A stretch of 51,994 nt of DNA, from positions 43,240-95,233 of the forward strand of contig NW_014577079.1 of assembly GCF_000485595.1 (NCBI RefSeq), in the 5' to 3' direction. Both the position numbers and the translations under genes were made by a program. Shown here piece by piece: positions 11,201 through 19,719 of the stretch (position 1 is its first letter; every line of letters begins with the position of its first letter). This stretch comes from Priapulus caudatus (lineage: Eukaryota). The notes beneath the pieces were generated by a model. The model did no database searches and had not been told where the DNA came from. It saw only the letters and a program-made list of their open reading frames with translations.

Positions 11201-12989
11201 AACACTCCCCGGGTATAAGAGATGGCCCTGTGAAAATTGCATCCAGATCGCTTGGGCGGTTTGGCCACCTATAGGGAAGATACATACATACATACATACA
11301 TGTATACGAATTACGAACTCAAATATATATTAGATATATTTTTACCTGGTGAAACTTATACAAGTCATTGCTTTTTAGATGGAACTCCTGATCAAGGAGT
11401 TCATTTTTCACATTTTCCAAAAAGGTATCCGAGTCTATGAATTTTGGCAAAACACAGCAAGGAAATGGTATTGTAGATAGTGCTGCCCCACATTCTGGAA
11501 AACAGAAGCAATACCTTACACAACTGAAATATACATTTAATAGTATATGTCCGTTTTGTAAATTTATATATACCACATCACAAGATCTCACATTTAAGTA
11601 TACTCTCTGGTCCTCTCAGTTTGTACCAGAACCCCACCCACCTAGGAGTGACAAGTTGATACAATCGCTACTTACAACACATTCAGCTATATCTAGCCTA
11701 GCTCTAGTACTATAGCCCACGTTCATTAACTGCCGCAGGCCTGCGGCCGTAGGCTGCGGGGGTGGGGCTGCTGCCGTAGGCCTGCAGCTGTTAATGAACG
11801 TGGGATATAGTACTAGAGCTATATCTAGCCATACTCTGACACACACAATAAACAACAGTTTTTACAGGTGTGGTCAGCTGGAACTTCTATATAATTGCAG
11901 CACCTATATGTAAATGTCAGATCCTTAAAATGGATAAACCTCGCAACAAAAGGACTATATAGACCTCAGGGTTTCTCTTGATGGAAAATTAGACAACAGA
12001 GGTAATGGCCAGTTTGGCGAAAAAAACGCGCATGATGGATTCAAAGGCATGCAGTAGGCACGAATGTGGTTTCTGCAGGCAGACGCGGGGGGGAGAGGTA
12101 GAGGGGGTTCTGGGGGTCTCCCCCAGCAAAATTTTAAAAATATGAATGTCTTAGACAGACTGCATTTGAGGCACGCCGAAAATAAAATTTCACCTTTTAG
12201 TTTAAATCTTACTCTGTTAGCAGACCTACCTTAGCTAGTCTTACGCATTTCGTGGGAGACTCACGCATCTGGACCCATTCTCCCACAGACCCGCACTCCC
12301 TACGCATTCTCACGCATTCACGCAAAAGAAACAAGTGCCGCGGAGCAACAGAGCTCATCTAACGTCTACTGCGGTGACTCTGTGGTGGAGTGGTGGGATT
12401 CTATAGTAAACCCTGTTAGTCCCAAATGTGTTCACATACATGCCGAAACAGTGGAATGCACAGGGATGGTATCAGGAACCTTCTCAAAGGAATGTTCGTT
12501 GGGATCGTTATGAAAGTTGCCACGAGATGGCGCGTACGTTTAAGTGTCTTCAGATTAAAGATGGAAGCTCCCATCGTACGTAGTAGCACGTAGTAGCAAC
12601 AACTATTTGCAAGACAGAATAGGTAAGCACTCATCCATTTACCTACGCAAGCCTACAGGCTGCCCGTTAGTTCTTACTTTTAATGTAAAAAAATGGCAAC
12701 AAAAATTTTACAAATTTTACCATAGAAAATTCGTGACGTAGTAAGTAATAAATTTCATTATTTTTAAGCACTAACCATGGCTTACGCTTTTCCCCAATCC
12801 CAAAGCATTCTTGAATGTGTTCTGAAGCTCGTCCATTGTGTAAACTGAAGACAAATGTGTCCTAGCGACATCGTCTGTATTTGTAGATGCTCCTGAAGAA
12901 GTGCTCGCATTATCGCCGGACCGTTTTATCTTCTGTGCAACACAATCTCCTACGATGGAGCATTCTTCAATTGTCCTTTTTGTCGACAT
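2079..12989 (-). CDS. OGFOD1: Prolyl 3-hydroxylase OGFOD1 (Tpa1/Ofd1/Sudestada family 2OG-Fe(II) oxygenase), 14 exons, ~526 aa
   Basis: Exons (minus strand): 12776-12989, 11346-11494, 8004-8050, 7551-7651, 6986-7102, 6624-6715, 5047-5175, 4729-4842, 4501-4580, 3864-4022, 3033-3067, 2733-2867, 2425-2483, 2079-2228. All introns are GT-AG with matching phases; total 1581 nt. Peptides match OGFOD1 as I recall it: [31 protein letters not shown] (HxD), [12 protein letters not shown] (distal His), [40 protein letters not shown]. Confidence 0.95.
2425..2483 (-). CDS. OGFOD1: OGFOD1 exon 13 ([19 protein letters not shown])
   Basis: Highly conserved [13 protein letters not shown] bounded. Confidence 0.93.
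2733..2867 (-). CDS. OGFOD1: OGFOD1 exon 12 ([23 protein letters not shown]...[12 protein letters not shown])
   Basis: Homologous GELRHW..G.YTL; GT-AG bounded. Confidence 0.92.
3033..3067 (-). CDS. OGFOD1: OGFOD1 exon 11, 35-nt micro-exon ([11 protein letters not shown])
   Basis: Needed to bridge the phase between exons 10 and 12; good acceptor TTTCTCAG, weak donor GTTGTT. Confidence 0.65.
3105..3576. mobile_element. Non-autonomous TIR element (pogo/Tigger-like) in OGFOD1 intron 10
   Basis: Imperfect TIR TAAAAACCCGCGTATAAGAACCT / AGGTTCTTATATGTGGGTTTTTA; multiple internal GGTTCTTA motifs. Confidence 0.6.
3864..4022 (-). CDS. OGFOD1: OGFOD1 exon 10 (NYESADES...[20 protein letters not shown]...)
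   Basis: Within ORF 3860-4045; homologous LFRSxA..LSNxTGL. Confidence 0.93.
4501..4580 (-). CDS. OGFOD1: OGFOD1 exon 9 (DEKYQELL...WERRGPANI)
   Basis: GT-AG bounded, phase 0->2. Confidence 0.9.
4729..4842 (-). CDS. OGFOD1: OGFOD1 exon 8 ([14 protein letters not shown]...[10 protein letters not shown])
   Basis: GTGAGT donor, 38 codons, homologous WxNPxYLD. Confidence 0.93.
5047..5175 (-). CDS. OGFOD1: OGFOD1 exon 7 ([21 protein letters not shown]...)
   Basis: 2OG-binding RxS motif; GT-AG bounded, 43 codons. Confidence 0.95.
5377..6374 (-). mobile_element. HINE/Helentron-type element in OGFOD1 intron 6 (interrupted by a gap and a nested MITE)
   Basis: Minus strand starts TTTTT-AGCTCATCTGAC-ATA-GTCAGATG, followed by a (GTCC)n microsatellite; matching subTIR GGCTCATCTGA at 5399-5409 next to a short hairpin and TT. 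Confidence 0.6.
6124..6227. mobile_element. Partial copy of the same Harbinger-like MITE, truncated by an N gap
   Basis: GCCCGGCGCACACGT terminus and the same 52-bp internal unit in reverse orientation. Confidence 0.7.
6624..6715 (-). CDS. OGFOD1: OGFOD1 exon 6 ([30 protein letters not shown])
   Basis: Distal Fe-ligand His; GT-AG bounded. Confidence 0.95.
6986..7102 (-). CDS. OGFOD1: OGFOD1 exon 5 (catalytic Hx[25 protein letters not shown])
   Basis: Fe-binding HxD motif; GT-AG bounded. Confidence 0.95.
7551..7651 (-). CDS. OGFOD1: OGFOD1 exon 4 ([11 protein letters not shown]...[10 protein letters not shown])
   Basis: GT-AG bounded, in phase with both neighbours, homologous peptide. Confidence 0.92.
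8004..8050 (-). CDS. OGFOD1: OGFOD1 exon 3 ([15 protein letters not shown])
   Basis: ATTACAG acceptor, GTAAG donor, phase 0->2. Confidence 0.88.
8533..11098 (-). pseudogene. Indel-riddled duplicate of OGFOD1 exon 2 (8546-8694), intron 1, exon 1 (10276-10486) and upstream DNA; probable assembly/haplotype duplicate
   Basis: Collinear with 11333-13612; frameshifting single-base indels; ends just before the 25-N gap at 11116-11140. Confidence 0.85.
9804..10093. mobile_element. ~290-bp TIR element, present only in the first OGFOD1 duplicate copy
   Basis: TAACCTG(CTG)TATGATACAGGCG ... CGCCTTTATCATACAGGTTA; flanks ACGTAGTA / ACGCCAGTA. Confidence 0.7.
11346..11494 (-). CDS. OGFOD1: OGFOD1 exon 2 ([13 protein letters not shown]...NDLYKFHQ)
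   Basis: Acceptor TTTTCCAG, donor CAG|GTAAA; conserved NDLYKF motif. Confidence 0.92.
11699..11821. mobile_element. 123-bp foldback mini-element with a 9-bp TSD (noisy duplicate at ~8906-9030)
   Basis: ~32-bp TIR TAGCTCTAGTACTATA(G/T)CCCACGTTCATTAAC; TATCTAGCC on both flanks. Confidence 0.7.
12776..12989 (-). CDS. OGFOD1: OGFOD1 exon 1 (MSTKRTIEE...GKSVSH)
   Basis: ATG at 12989; donor G|GTTAGT, phase 1, joins exon 2 to give SH-E-CGAA. Confidence 0.75.
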
Positions 12990-13932
12990 TGTAACTGAAC
13001 GCTTTGTCCTATAACATTTGAATTACATGATAACGAAATGAACGATGGACGTCATACAAGAAAACATACGCAGTTTCAACAAAACGGAACCCAGTTACTG
13101 AACAAAAAATAATACTAATAGTAATAAGCAAAGATCTTTGGTAATAAGTAATACCGGAACCACAACCGGAAAACATGACCAGAAACCGTACAACGCATGC
13201 GCAAGCTTCTAGTGTTGACTAGTACTTGTCCCTTCTCACGGCTTCATAGGCTTATATCGAGCTTGTGAGAAGGGACGGGTACCAGTCAAGCTTCTACTGT
13301 CCACTCACTTGTTTATGGTTTGATGAAATAGTCAGCATTATATAGCCAAATTACTGCTAGCTATTACGCTGTTAATCATTAATAATAGATCATGACTATT
13401 TATAAACAACTACAACATGAAATAATCTTTCTCACGTAAAGTCGCAAAAGCGTTTGGAGCTTTAGATAGGCTCACTGGTCGTGTTACACAACGAACAGCA
13501 CACTCAGGTCTATCGCATCAAAGAACTTATTGCCAGTCTATACCTTAATGTTACGTACATTTCCAGCTGTCGTTAATCGTTCTATTTCTCTTCAACTAAC
13601 AAATTCAATCAGTAGTGTAGAATCTACTGATATTAAAAAGTGCATCCCAGAGCTGGGTTAAATACTTTCTGTTGCTTTTACAGTTACCAGAATGGCAAGT
13701 ATTAAAATATCCTAGTTCGAGCATGTATGATGTACCCTACGTATCAAAAGAAAACGCTGTCTAATCGAGAGTCACCGGTCTTTTTTCTTAGGCTGTGTCT
13801 CCTGCAACGGTACCGTCGCCGAATTTTTTTCTCTTAAAGTCACGGTAGTGATGCCAGCGCCATCTATCGGCGAATAAACTACCGTTGATTTTGGTGCGAT
13901 ATTATATATACGATTTTATACGATATATACGA

Positions 13933-13985
13933 TAACCCTAACCCTAACCCTAACCCTAACCCTAACCTAACCCTAACCCTAACCC
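13933..13985 (-). repeat. Interstitial (TTAGGG)n telomere-like repeat
   Basis: Plus strand reads (TAACCC)5 TAACC (TAACCC)3. Confidence 0.9.
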
Positions 13986-14314
13986 TATTAAATTAATAAA
14001 ATTNNNNNNNNNNNNNNNNNNNNNNNNNGTACAGTTGCCGCTGGCCAGCGGCAACTGTACGCGGGCTATAGTTACTAGAGTTACTTTCTTACTTACCTGT
14101 TCTCTGTAGTGCCAGTGCCGTGGCAACTGGCGCCGGTAATCGACACTGGCAGCAAGAACAAGCCCGCACGTACAGCTTTATTATAGTCGTTATTATAGTA
14201 AATGGGCGCGTGTGTGCTGTACGTGCGTGCGGGCTTGTTCTTGCTGCCAGTGGTAGTCGATACCGGCCGGGACCGTATCTTTACAGGCGCCGGACAAAGA
14301 TGTGGTCAAGAATA

Positions 14315-14967
14315 AGGCCAAGACACACTGCAGCGACAGCGACCGACCGTAACGACAAACGACAAAGTCGCGGCAACTGGCGCAGCCACACTGCAGCGAC
14401 AATGACCGACCGTAACGACAAAGTTTACCCAGCACTCGCCACACTCCACAGTGCCAGTACCAGTGGCACACATGAGCAAACGGCAAAAAAACTCCTGCTG
14501 CTGCTTTTAAATAAATTTCTGAAAAATGCTTTATGTATAACGATAATATAATAAAGTAATATATATACACAGCATATTATACGAACGTACACAATAATCA
14601 CGTGTGATGGCTGGCCGTAGCCTTCCATGTTTTGGTTAGATGGGTTCGCGGCCCCACTGTTTCTGACAGGCGGTGCGATTTTAGCGCTGGGGACCAGTCT
14701 ACTTCCTGGCTAGCATTGGTTTATAATTTTATGACGTAATGGCGATGTCACGTGCCGATGGAAATGGCTGCGATTGGCCATTTGTAAAGTGTTACTGGCG
14801 AAAGTCGCTGGAAAATAGAAACGTTTCTATTTATTTTTGTCGTCGAGGTTGTCGCCGGTCGTCGTCGCGTCAGTGTGCAATGGCTCATAGGAAACAATAG
14901 TGTCTAATTTTCTGAAAAGTCGTTTGTTGTTACGGTCGGTCGTTGTCGCTGCAGTGTGTCGTGGCCT
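14315..14967. mobile_element. MITE with ~48-bp TIRs and a 3-bp TSD (Harbinger-like), ending ~105 bp upstream of the LSM4 ATG
   Basis: AGGCCAAGACACACTGCAGCGACAGCGACCGACCGTAAC at left, its near-perfect reverse complement at right; ATA flanks both ends. Confidence 0.75.
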
Positions 14968-15071
14968 ATACGCAGTACACCGGCGTGACTATTGTTTCCC
15001 TGTTTGCTAAATAGTATTATGAGTATACAATACCGTTACCGTATATTACTATTAGTGCTTTATGATTTATC

Positions 15072-18000
15072 ATGGTAAGACGATAAACTGTATATCTATG
15101 TCGTCCATCTCAACATGGTGACCGTCTCAGCATGATATGGTGCTACATCTGCTAATTGTGATTAAAACATCAGGATCAGTGCTCCAGGTGGCATGCGTAT
15201 TTACATAAAAATTGCTGAGTTAAATCCCAGTTATGCATGTATATACAAAAACTGCAGCATGCCTGATATTTCAGCCCGTGGAAATGCCCTAAAACTAGTA
15301 CCTAGTCAAAAAATAGACATGCTTGATTGTCTGGTGCATTTCCATCAATATAGTATGGTAATCTAAAATCTATTATAATTTATTTATGCTGAATAACATA
15401 ATAGGTCACGTGTAATGTGATAAAAAATTCCACAGCTAACTCAGTACACAGAAATGAGTATCATTTAGTAGTATGACTACTACTAATGTGTCAAATGTCT
15501 AATTGGTTAAATTGGCATTGTATTGTTTTTCTAGTTACCACTTTCCCTCTTGAAGACTGCTGTTAACCATCCTATGGTGAGTTATTTTATAATTATTCAC
15601 AAGATATCAGTATTAGATATTTGGAAATACTACATTTTGTTCACTGTTGCCAGTCCGTCTATACTACCATAGTAGTGCTGAGGAGATTTCCAGAGCCATA
15701 ATTCTATACATGTGCCAGCACAATTGGCCTATAGCTATGCCCTACCCACTTAAACCCACACTTTAATGCTAGTATATGCCATAAACATGCAGTTTGATGT
15801 TGATACTCAATATCTACATTAATAATTTATTGATATCTTCACATAATATTCAACATGCTATTATTAGCATCATATATATATATATATATATATGTTAGGG
15901 CTGTAACGATTCACCGAAATCGAATCGGATCGTGATTCTCTACCTCCTCGATTCGATCCTCGATATTTTTCCCCGTATTTTCGATTCCACTTCGATACCA
16001 CTTTTTTCCCTTCAGTAGATGGTGGCACTACGCTATATACTGTGGAGTGTTACTCTGGTGTTACTCACCAATTTTACTCAGCGACTGTGCAGTGTATATA
16101 TATCATAGAGATGTATAAATAGTATACATCTCTATGATATATACTCTCTAGACTTTCTAGTCTATTCACCATTTAGTATTCATTGGCAATTTCTAATAAT
16201 TTATTATTGCAAAATAATGAAAATAATATTTTGGGAATCGAATCGAAGGAATCGAATCGAGAGGCTAATATCATGAACCGGAACGAATCGAGAGGCTANN
16301 NNNNNNNNAAAAGCATGTCTGCTGCTTCGCCATCGCCGCGCCAGGTCAATCTGGTTGAATTCAGATAAATATATACTTCGCCCATGTTGTATTTAAGCAC
16401 AGCGATGTATAAAATGCATAGTTATCATAGTAGAACACAATACATGAGTTTACTGTACTTTCACGGCTCATGTTTTATTACAATTATTAAATCGAATCGG
16501 ATCGAATCGGATCGAAATATCGAAAAAAAAAATATCAATAATCGAATCGAAATAATTTGATACCAATGACAGCCCTAATATATATAATGTATATGTATAT
16601 GATAGATATATATATGTATATGTATTATATAAGCTTGTTTTTCTAATTTTATAGCTAGTGGAGTTGAAGAATGGAGAGACATACAATGGACATCTTGTCA
16701 GTTGCGACAATTGGATGAACATTAATCTAAGAGAAGTTATCTGCACTTCACGAGTATGTGTACCTATATATACTAAATGAATGAATTATGATAACTATGG
16801 TACTATATGCTAGCGTGCATAGAATACTGATCTGAGTTTAGTAGTAATTAAAATTTATACCTTATTGTAATATATTCTGTGTATGTATTTGTAATGTTTT
16901 GTCCTCATGGGTGGATTAGTGTATCAGTGTTACATTTGTATTCATATTATTATTATTAAATATTTTTTGCATGTAATTAAAATATAAATACATTTACTGA
17001 AGGTACTTAATATGGTTGTATGCTTCACATCTTTATTGTAGATTGCTTGTAATCTAATGACGCTAATCCTCTATGGATGTGACATGCTCTTTCTGACCAT
17101 ACTTTAGTGCTAACGTAGAAAAAAACATTACTAAAACAGCTTCGATTGTATTCACATCTGAAGCACTAAATTGAGTTCAAGTGACTAGTATTATCATTAC
17201 ACTTTCAAATTGTATAGGATGGCGACAGATTTTGGAAAATGCCGGAATGTTACATCCGTGGCACGACCATCAAGTATTTGCGAATTCCCGATGAGGTCAT
17301 AGACATGGTGAAAGAAGAGGTGTTGTCTAAAGGAAGGGGCCGTGGTGATGCTAAAGGACGTGGTGGTGGCCGTGGTGGTGGCAGAGGAGGCCCCGGTGGC
17401 AGAGGTATTTCTATAACTACAAATATATATATATATATATTATATATCTACGTAATATATTATATCGCATCTGCTATAGGTATGTTCATTATAGAACCAG
17501 GAGTTCATAATAATAGGTCTGATATTATGAGCTCTTGATATAACTGTGCTGCTTGATTGCAACTGAGGTGCACAAAATAAAAAACTTGATTGCACAGCAC
17601 ACTACCTAGACATGAATTTCAATTGCAAAAAAAACTTGCAATAAAAACCACTTTGTTTATTAGTTGTTGTTGGTTTGCTTATTATTTACCAATAAATTCA
17701 TCTGGCATGCAGATAACCTCTCAATGTGATGTTGCCTGATGCAATTTGTGTGTGTCTTATACAATGGTAGTACTGCTCACTTTGTGCTGGCTAGTGTAAT
17801 TTACGTTTGAGAAAGTAGATTTGCTACATTTTATGCAGATTCAATTGGTCATATGTAACAGCAAACGTTTACAATTTGTAATAACTGACTATGTAAAAGT
17901 TTGGTTGGAAATGGCAAATTATGGTGTTTTCAACCAACAGGTGGCGCCACTATATAGTAACTGATTATCGCAATGGACCTATTTTATTTCCGTGATGTTC

Positions 18001-18210
18001 TGTAAAATACGGACGAACACTTTGCTGAACCGTCAGCAATTTGCATGTCGAAAATTTTATATCGATTTTGTGTATACTTGATCTTGACCGATTTATTGTT
18101 AAGGTGCGTTTGGAGGCCGCGGGGGAGGAAGAGGAGGAGGCCCAGGACGAGGAGGGCCACAGCAAGGAAGAGGTGGAATGGGTGGTCCCAGACGAGGAAA
18201 TTCGAAATGA
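15072..18210 (+). CDS. LSM4: U6 snRNA-associated Sm-like protein LSm4, 5 exons, 145 aa
   Basis: Exons 15072-15074 (ATG only), 15535-15576, 16655-16753, 17218-17404, 18104-18210; 438 nt. Protein: [82 protein letters not shown] plus an RGG-rich tail. Confidence 0.96.
15535..15576 (+). CDS. LSM4: LSM4 exon 2 ([14 protein letters not shown])
   Basis: TTTTTCTAG acceptor, GTGAGT donor. Confidence 0.95.
15896..16577. mobile_element. Non-autonomous hAT-like element in LSM4 intron 2
   Basis: TAGGGCTGT...ACAGCCCTA termini; 8-bp flanks ATATATGT/ATATATAT; many subterminal CGAATCG(A/G) repeats. Confidence 0.75.
16655..16753 (+). CDS. LSM4: LSM4 exon 3 (Sm1 motif [25 protein letters not shown])
   Basis: TTTTATAG acceptor, GTATGT donor, 33 codons. 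Confidence 0.97.
17218..17404 (+). CDS. LSM4: LSM4 exon 4 (Sm2 motif [11 protein letters not shown] + RGG)
   Basis: Overlaps ORF 17239-17538; GT-AG bounded. Confidence 0.96.
17498..17537. mobile_element. Micro-TIR/footprint family member
   Basis: CAGGAGTTCATAATA...TATTATGAGCTCTTG; flanks ATAGAAC/ATATAAC. Confidence 0.65.
18104..18210 (+). CDS. LSM4: LSM4 terminal exon ([12 protein letters not shown]...GNSK*)
   Basis: Phase-compatible acceptor, RGG tail, TGA at 18208-18210; AATAAA at 18317 and 18761 downstream. Confidence 0.9.
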
Positions 18211-18996
18211 CCTGTACAGTTTGAAACTCCCTCCCCCTAAAATAGTAGGTACACGTATGTTTGTATGTATGTTAGCAAGTATGTTCCTACAAAGCACTAA
18301 ATTAATGACTGAGAAAAATAAAGTCTGACTAGCATTGTACTTTGTTGTGAATGATTAAGTTTGTTTGACAACTAACGTATGAATGTCAAAAAAATGCGTG
18401 AAATTTTTCTAATATGTGTATGGTCGTGATTCATCTTTTTAAACCCCATTCATGTATTGATCTTAATTGCATACCTTTGTATCATGTGATTGGTGATAAT
18501 ATCATAATTGGTGTTTTTTATTCTGTTCGAGAAAGTGAAAAAAGGGGACAAACCCTCACAGTATAAATTGCTTAAATTTATTATCATTAGGCCCTTTATA
18601 AATAGTGACTAATATCTTTTCCATTCAAGATGTGATCTTGTTGATCAAATGCCATATTTCACCAATTTAGAATTCAAACGTATTCCTTTAATGTCATTTA
18701 TATATAAGCTGTGCTTTGAAAATATGAGAACAACTTTAGCTGTATATATGCATTTTGTAAAATAAACATGCAGTTTTGTATTAAAAAAAACACAGGAAAT
18801 ATACATCTTATTAATTACAATCATTTAGCACTTTTAGATAAGTCATCATAATTTTATCAAATAGTAAGTCTTGCATTTGGCTGAATTGGTAGAAGAGATA
18901 ACTGTTGGAAGTTGTGTTGGGCTGGGTTTCTTTGTCCATATATGTCCGATACACTAAACTTGCTCATATAGTTGTAATGCTATATATTTATATTAT

Positions 18997-19044
18997 CAAG
19001 AGCTAATAATACTTTTTTTTAATAATAGGTATTATTAGCTCTTG
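18997..19044. mobile_element. Micro-TIR/footprint family member
   Basis: 16-bp arms CAAGAGCTAATAATAC / GTATTATTAGCTCTTG with AT filler; flanks ATATTAT/GTATTAT. Confidence 0.7.
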
Positions 19045-19052
19045 GTATTATA

Positions 19053-19285
19053 CAGTCTGACGTCCTTTATCCGGCCACGTCGGGACCGGCACCCATCCGG
19101 ATATGAGAGTTATGCTCATACACAGCATTTCTATGCAGTTCAGTAGGGTTTATGCATTTGATAATGTATTTACTCGCTGCTATGATTATTTGTAACAAAC
19201 TGTCCTGTTTTATGGTTTATATGAAATGGAAATAAAATGAAATAAAACAGAAATTTTATCGGAGTCATAGCGGACACGAGCGGAC

Positions 19286-19322
<37 letters not shown>

Positions 19323-19500
19323 GGCGCACGGCCCGCGCGTGCGACACACGCAAACAACGTAGGGTTGGTACATCGCGCGAGTTTTGAGCCAGAATTTTTA
19401 GGTGGAAATGAATGAAAAACAGAAACATAACACTGCGAGATCGCGGCCGGTTAATAGAGATTTCCGGATAACGGATGGCCGGATAAAGGAGGTCGGACTC
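19053..19500. mobile_element. Tc1/mariner-pogo-like MITE
   Basis: TIR CAGTCTGACGTCCTTTATCCGGCCA vs TGGCCGGATAAAGGAGGTCGGACTC; TA on both sides; internal (CA)n. Confidence 0.75.
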
Positions 19501-19506
19501 TAATAT

Positions 19507-19544
19507 CAGGAGTGTATAATATAGATCTATATTATACACTACTG
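19507..19544. mobile_element. Micro-TIR/footprint family member
   Basis: CAGGAGTGTATAATATAG...CTATATTATACACTACTG; right flank ATAATAT; left flank is restored to ATAATAT when the adjacent MITE is removed. Confidence 0.7.
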
Positions 19545-19633
19545 ATAATATAAGCGACCTTTGGTGCCTATAAACTAGATTTCTAGGCGCACATCCCTAA
19601 TACAATAAGCATATATGTATGAATACATATGTT

Positions 19634-19719
19634 CAGGAGTGAATAATAATATCTATATTATATATATATATATTACTATATTATAATATAATAATAATAT
19701 CTATTATTATTCTTTCCTG
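19634..19719. mobile_element. Micro-TIR/footprint family member with long AT filler
   Basis: CAGGAGTGAATAATAAT...ATTATTATTCTTTCCTG; perfect ATATGTT flanks. Confidence 0.7.

Larger units (their letters stand above)
12990..15071. promoter_or_regulatory. Divergent (head-to-head) OGFOD1/LSM4 upstream region; putative bidirectional promoter
   Basis: Start codons ~2.1 kb apart on opposite strands; locally CpG-rich; TSSs not determined. Confidence 0.5.

Noticed and set aside
18041..18328. 95-aa acidic ORF ([10 protein letters not shown])
   Set aside because: An alternative-frame reading of the LSM4 RGG terminal exon.
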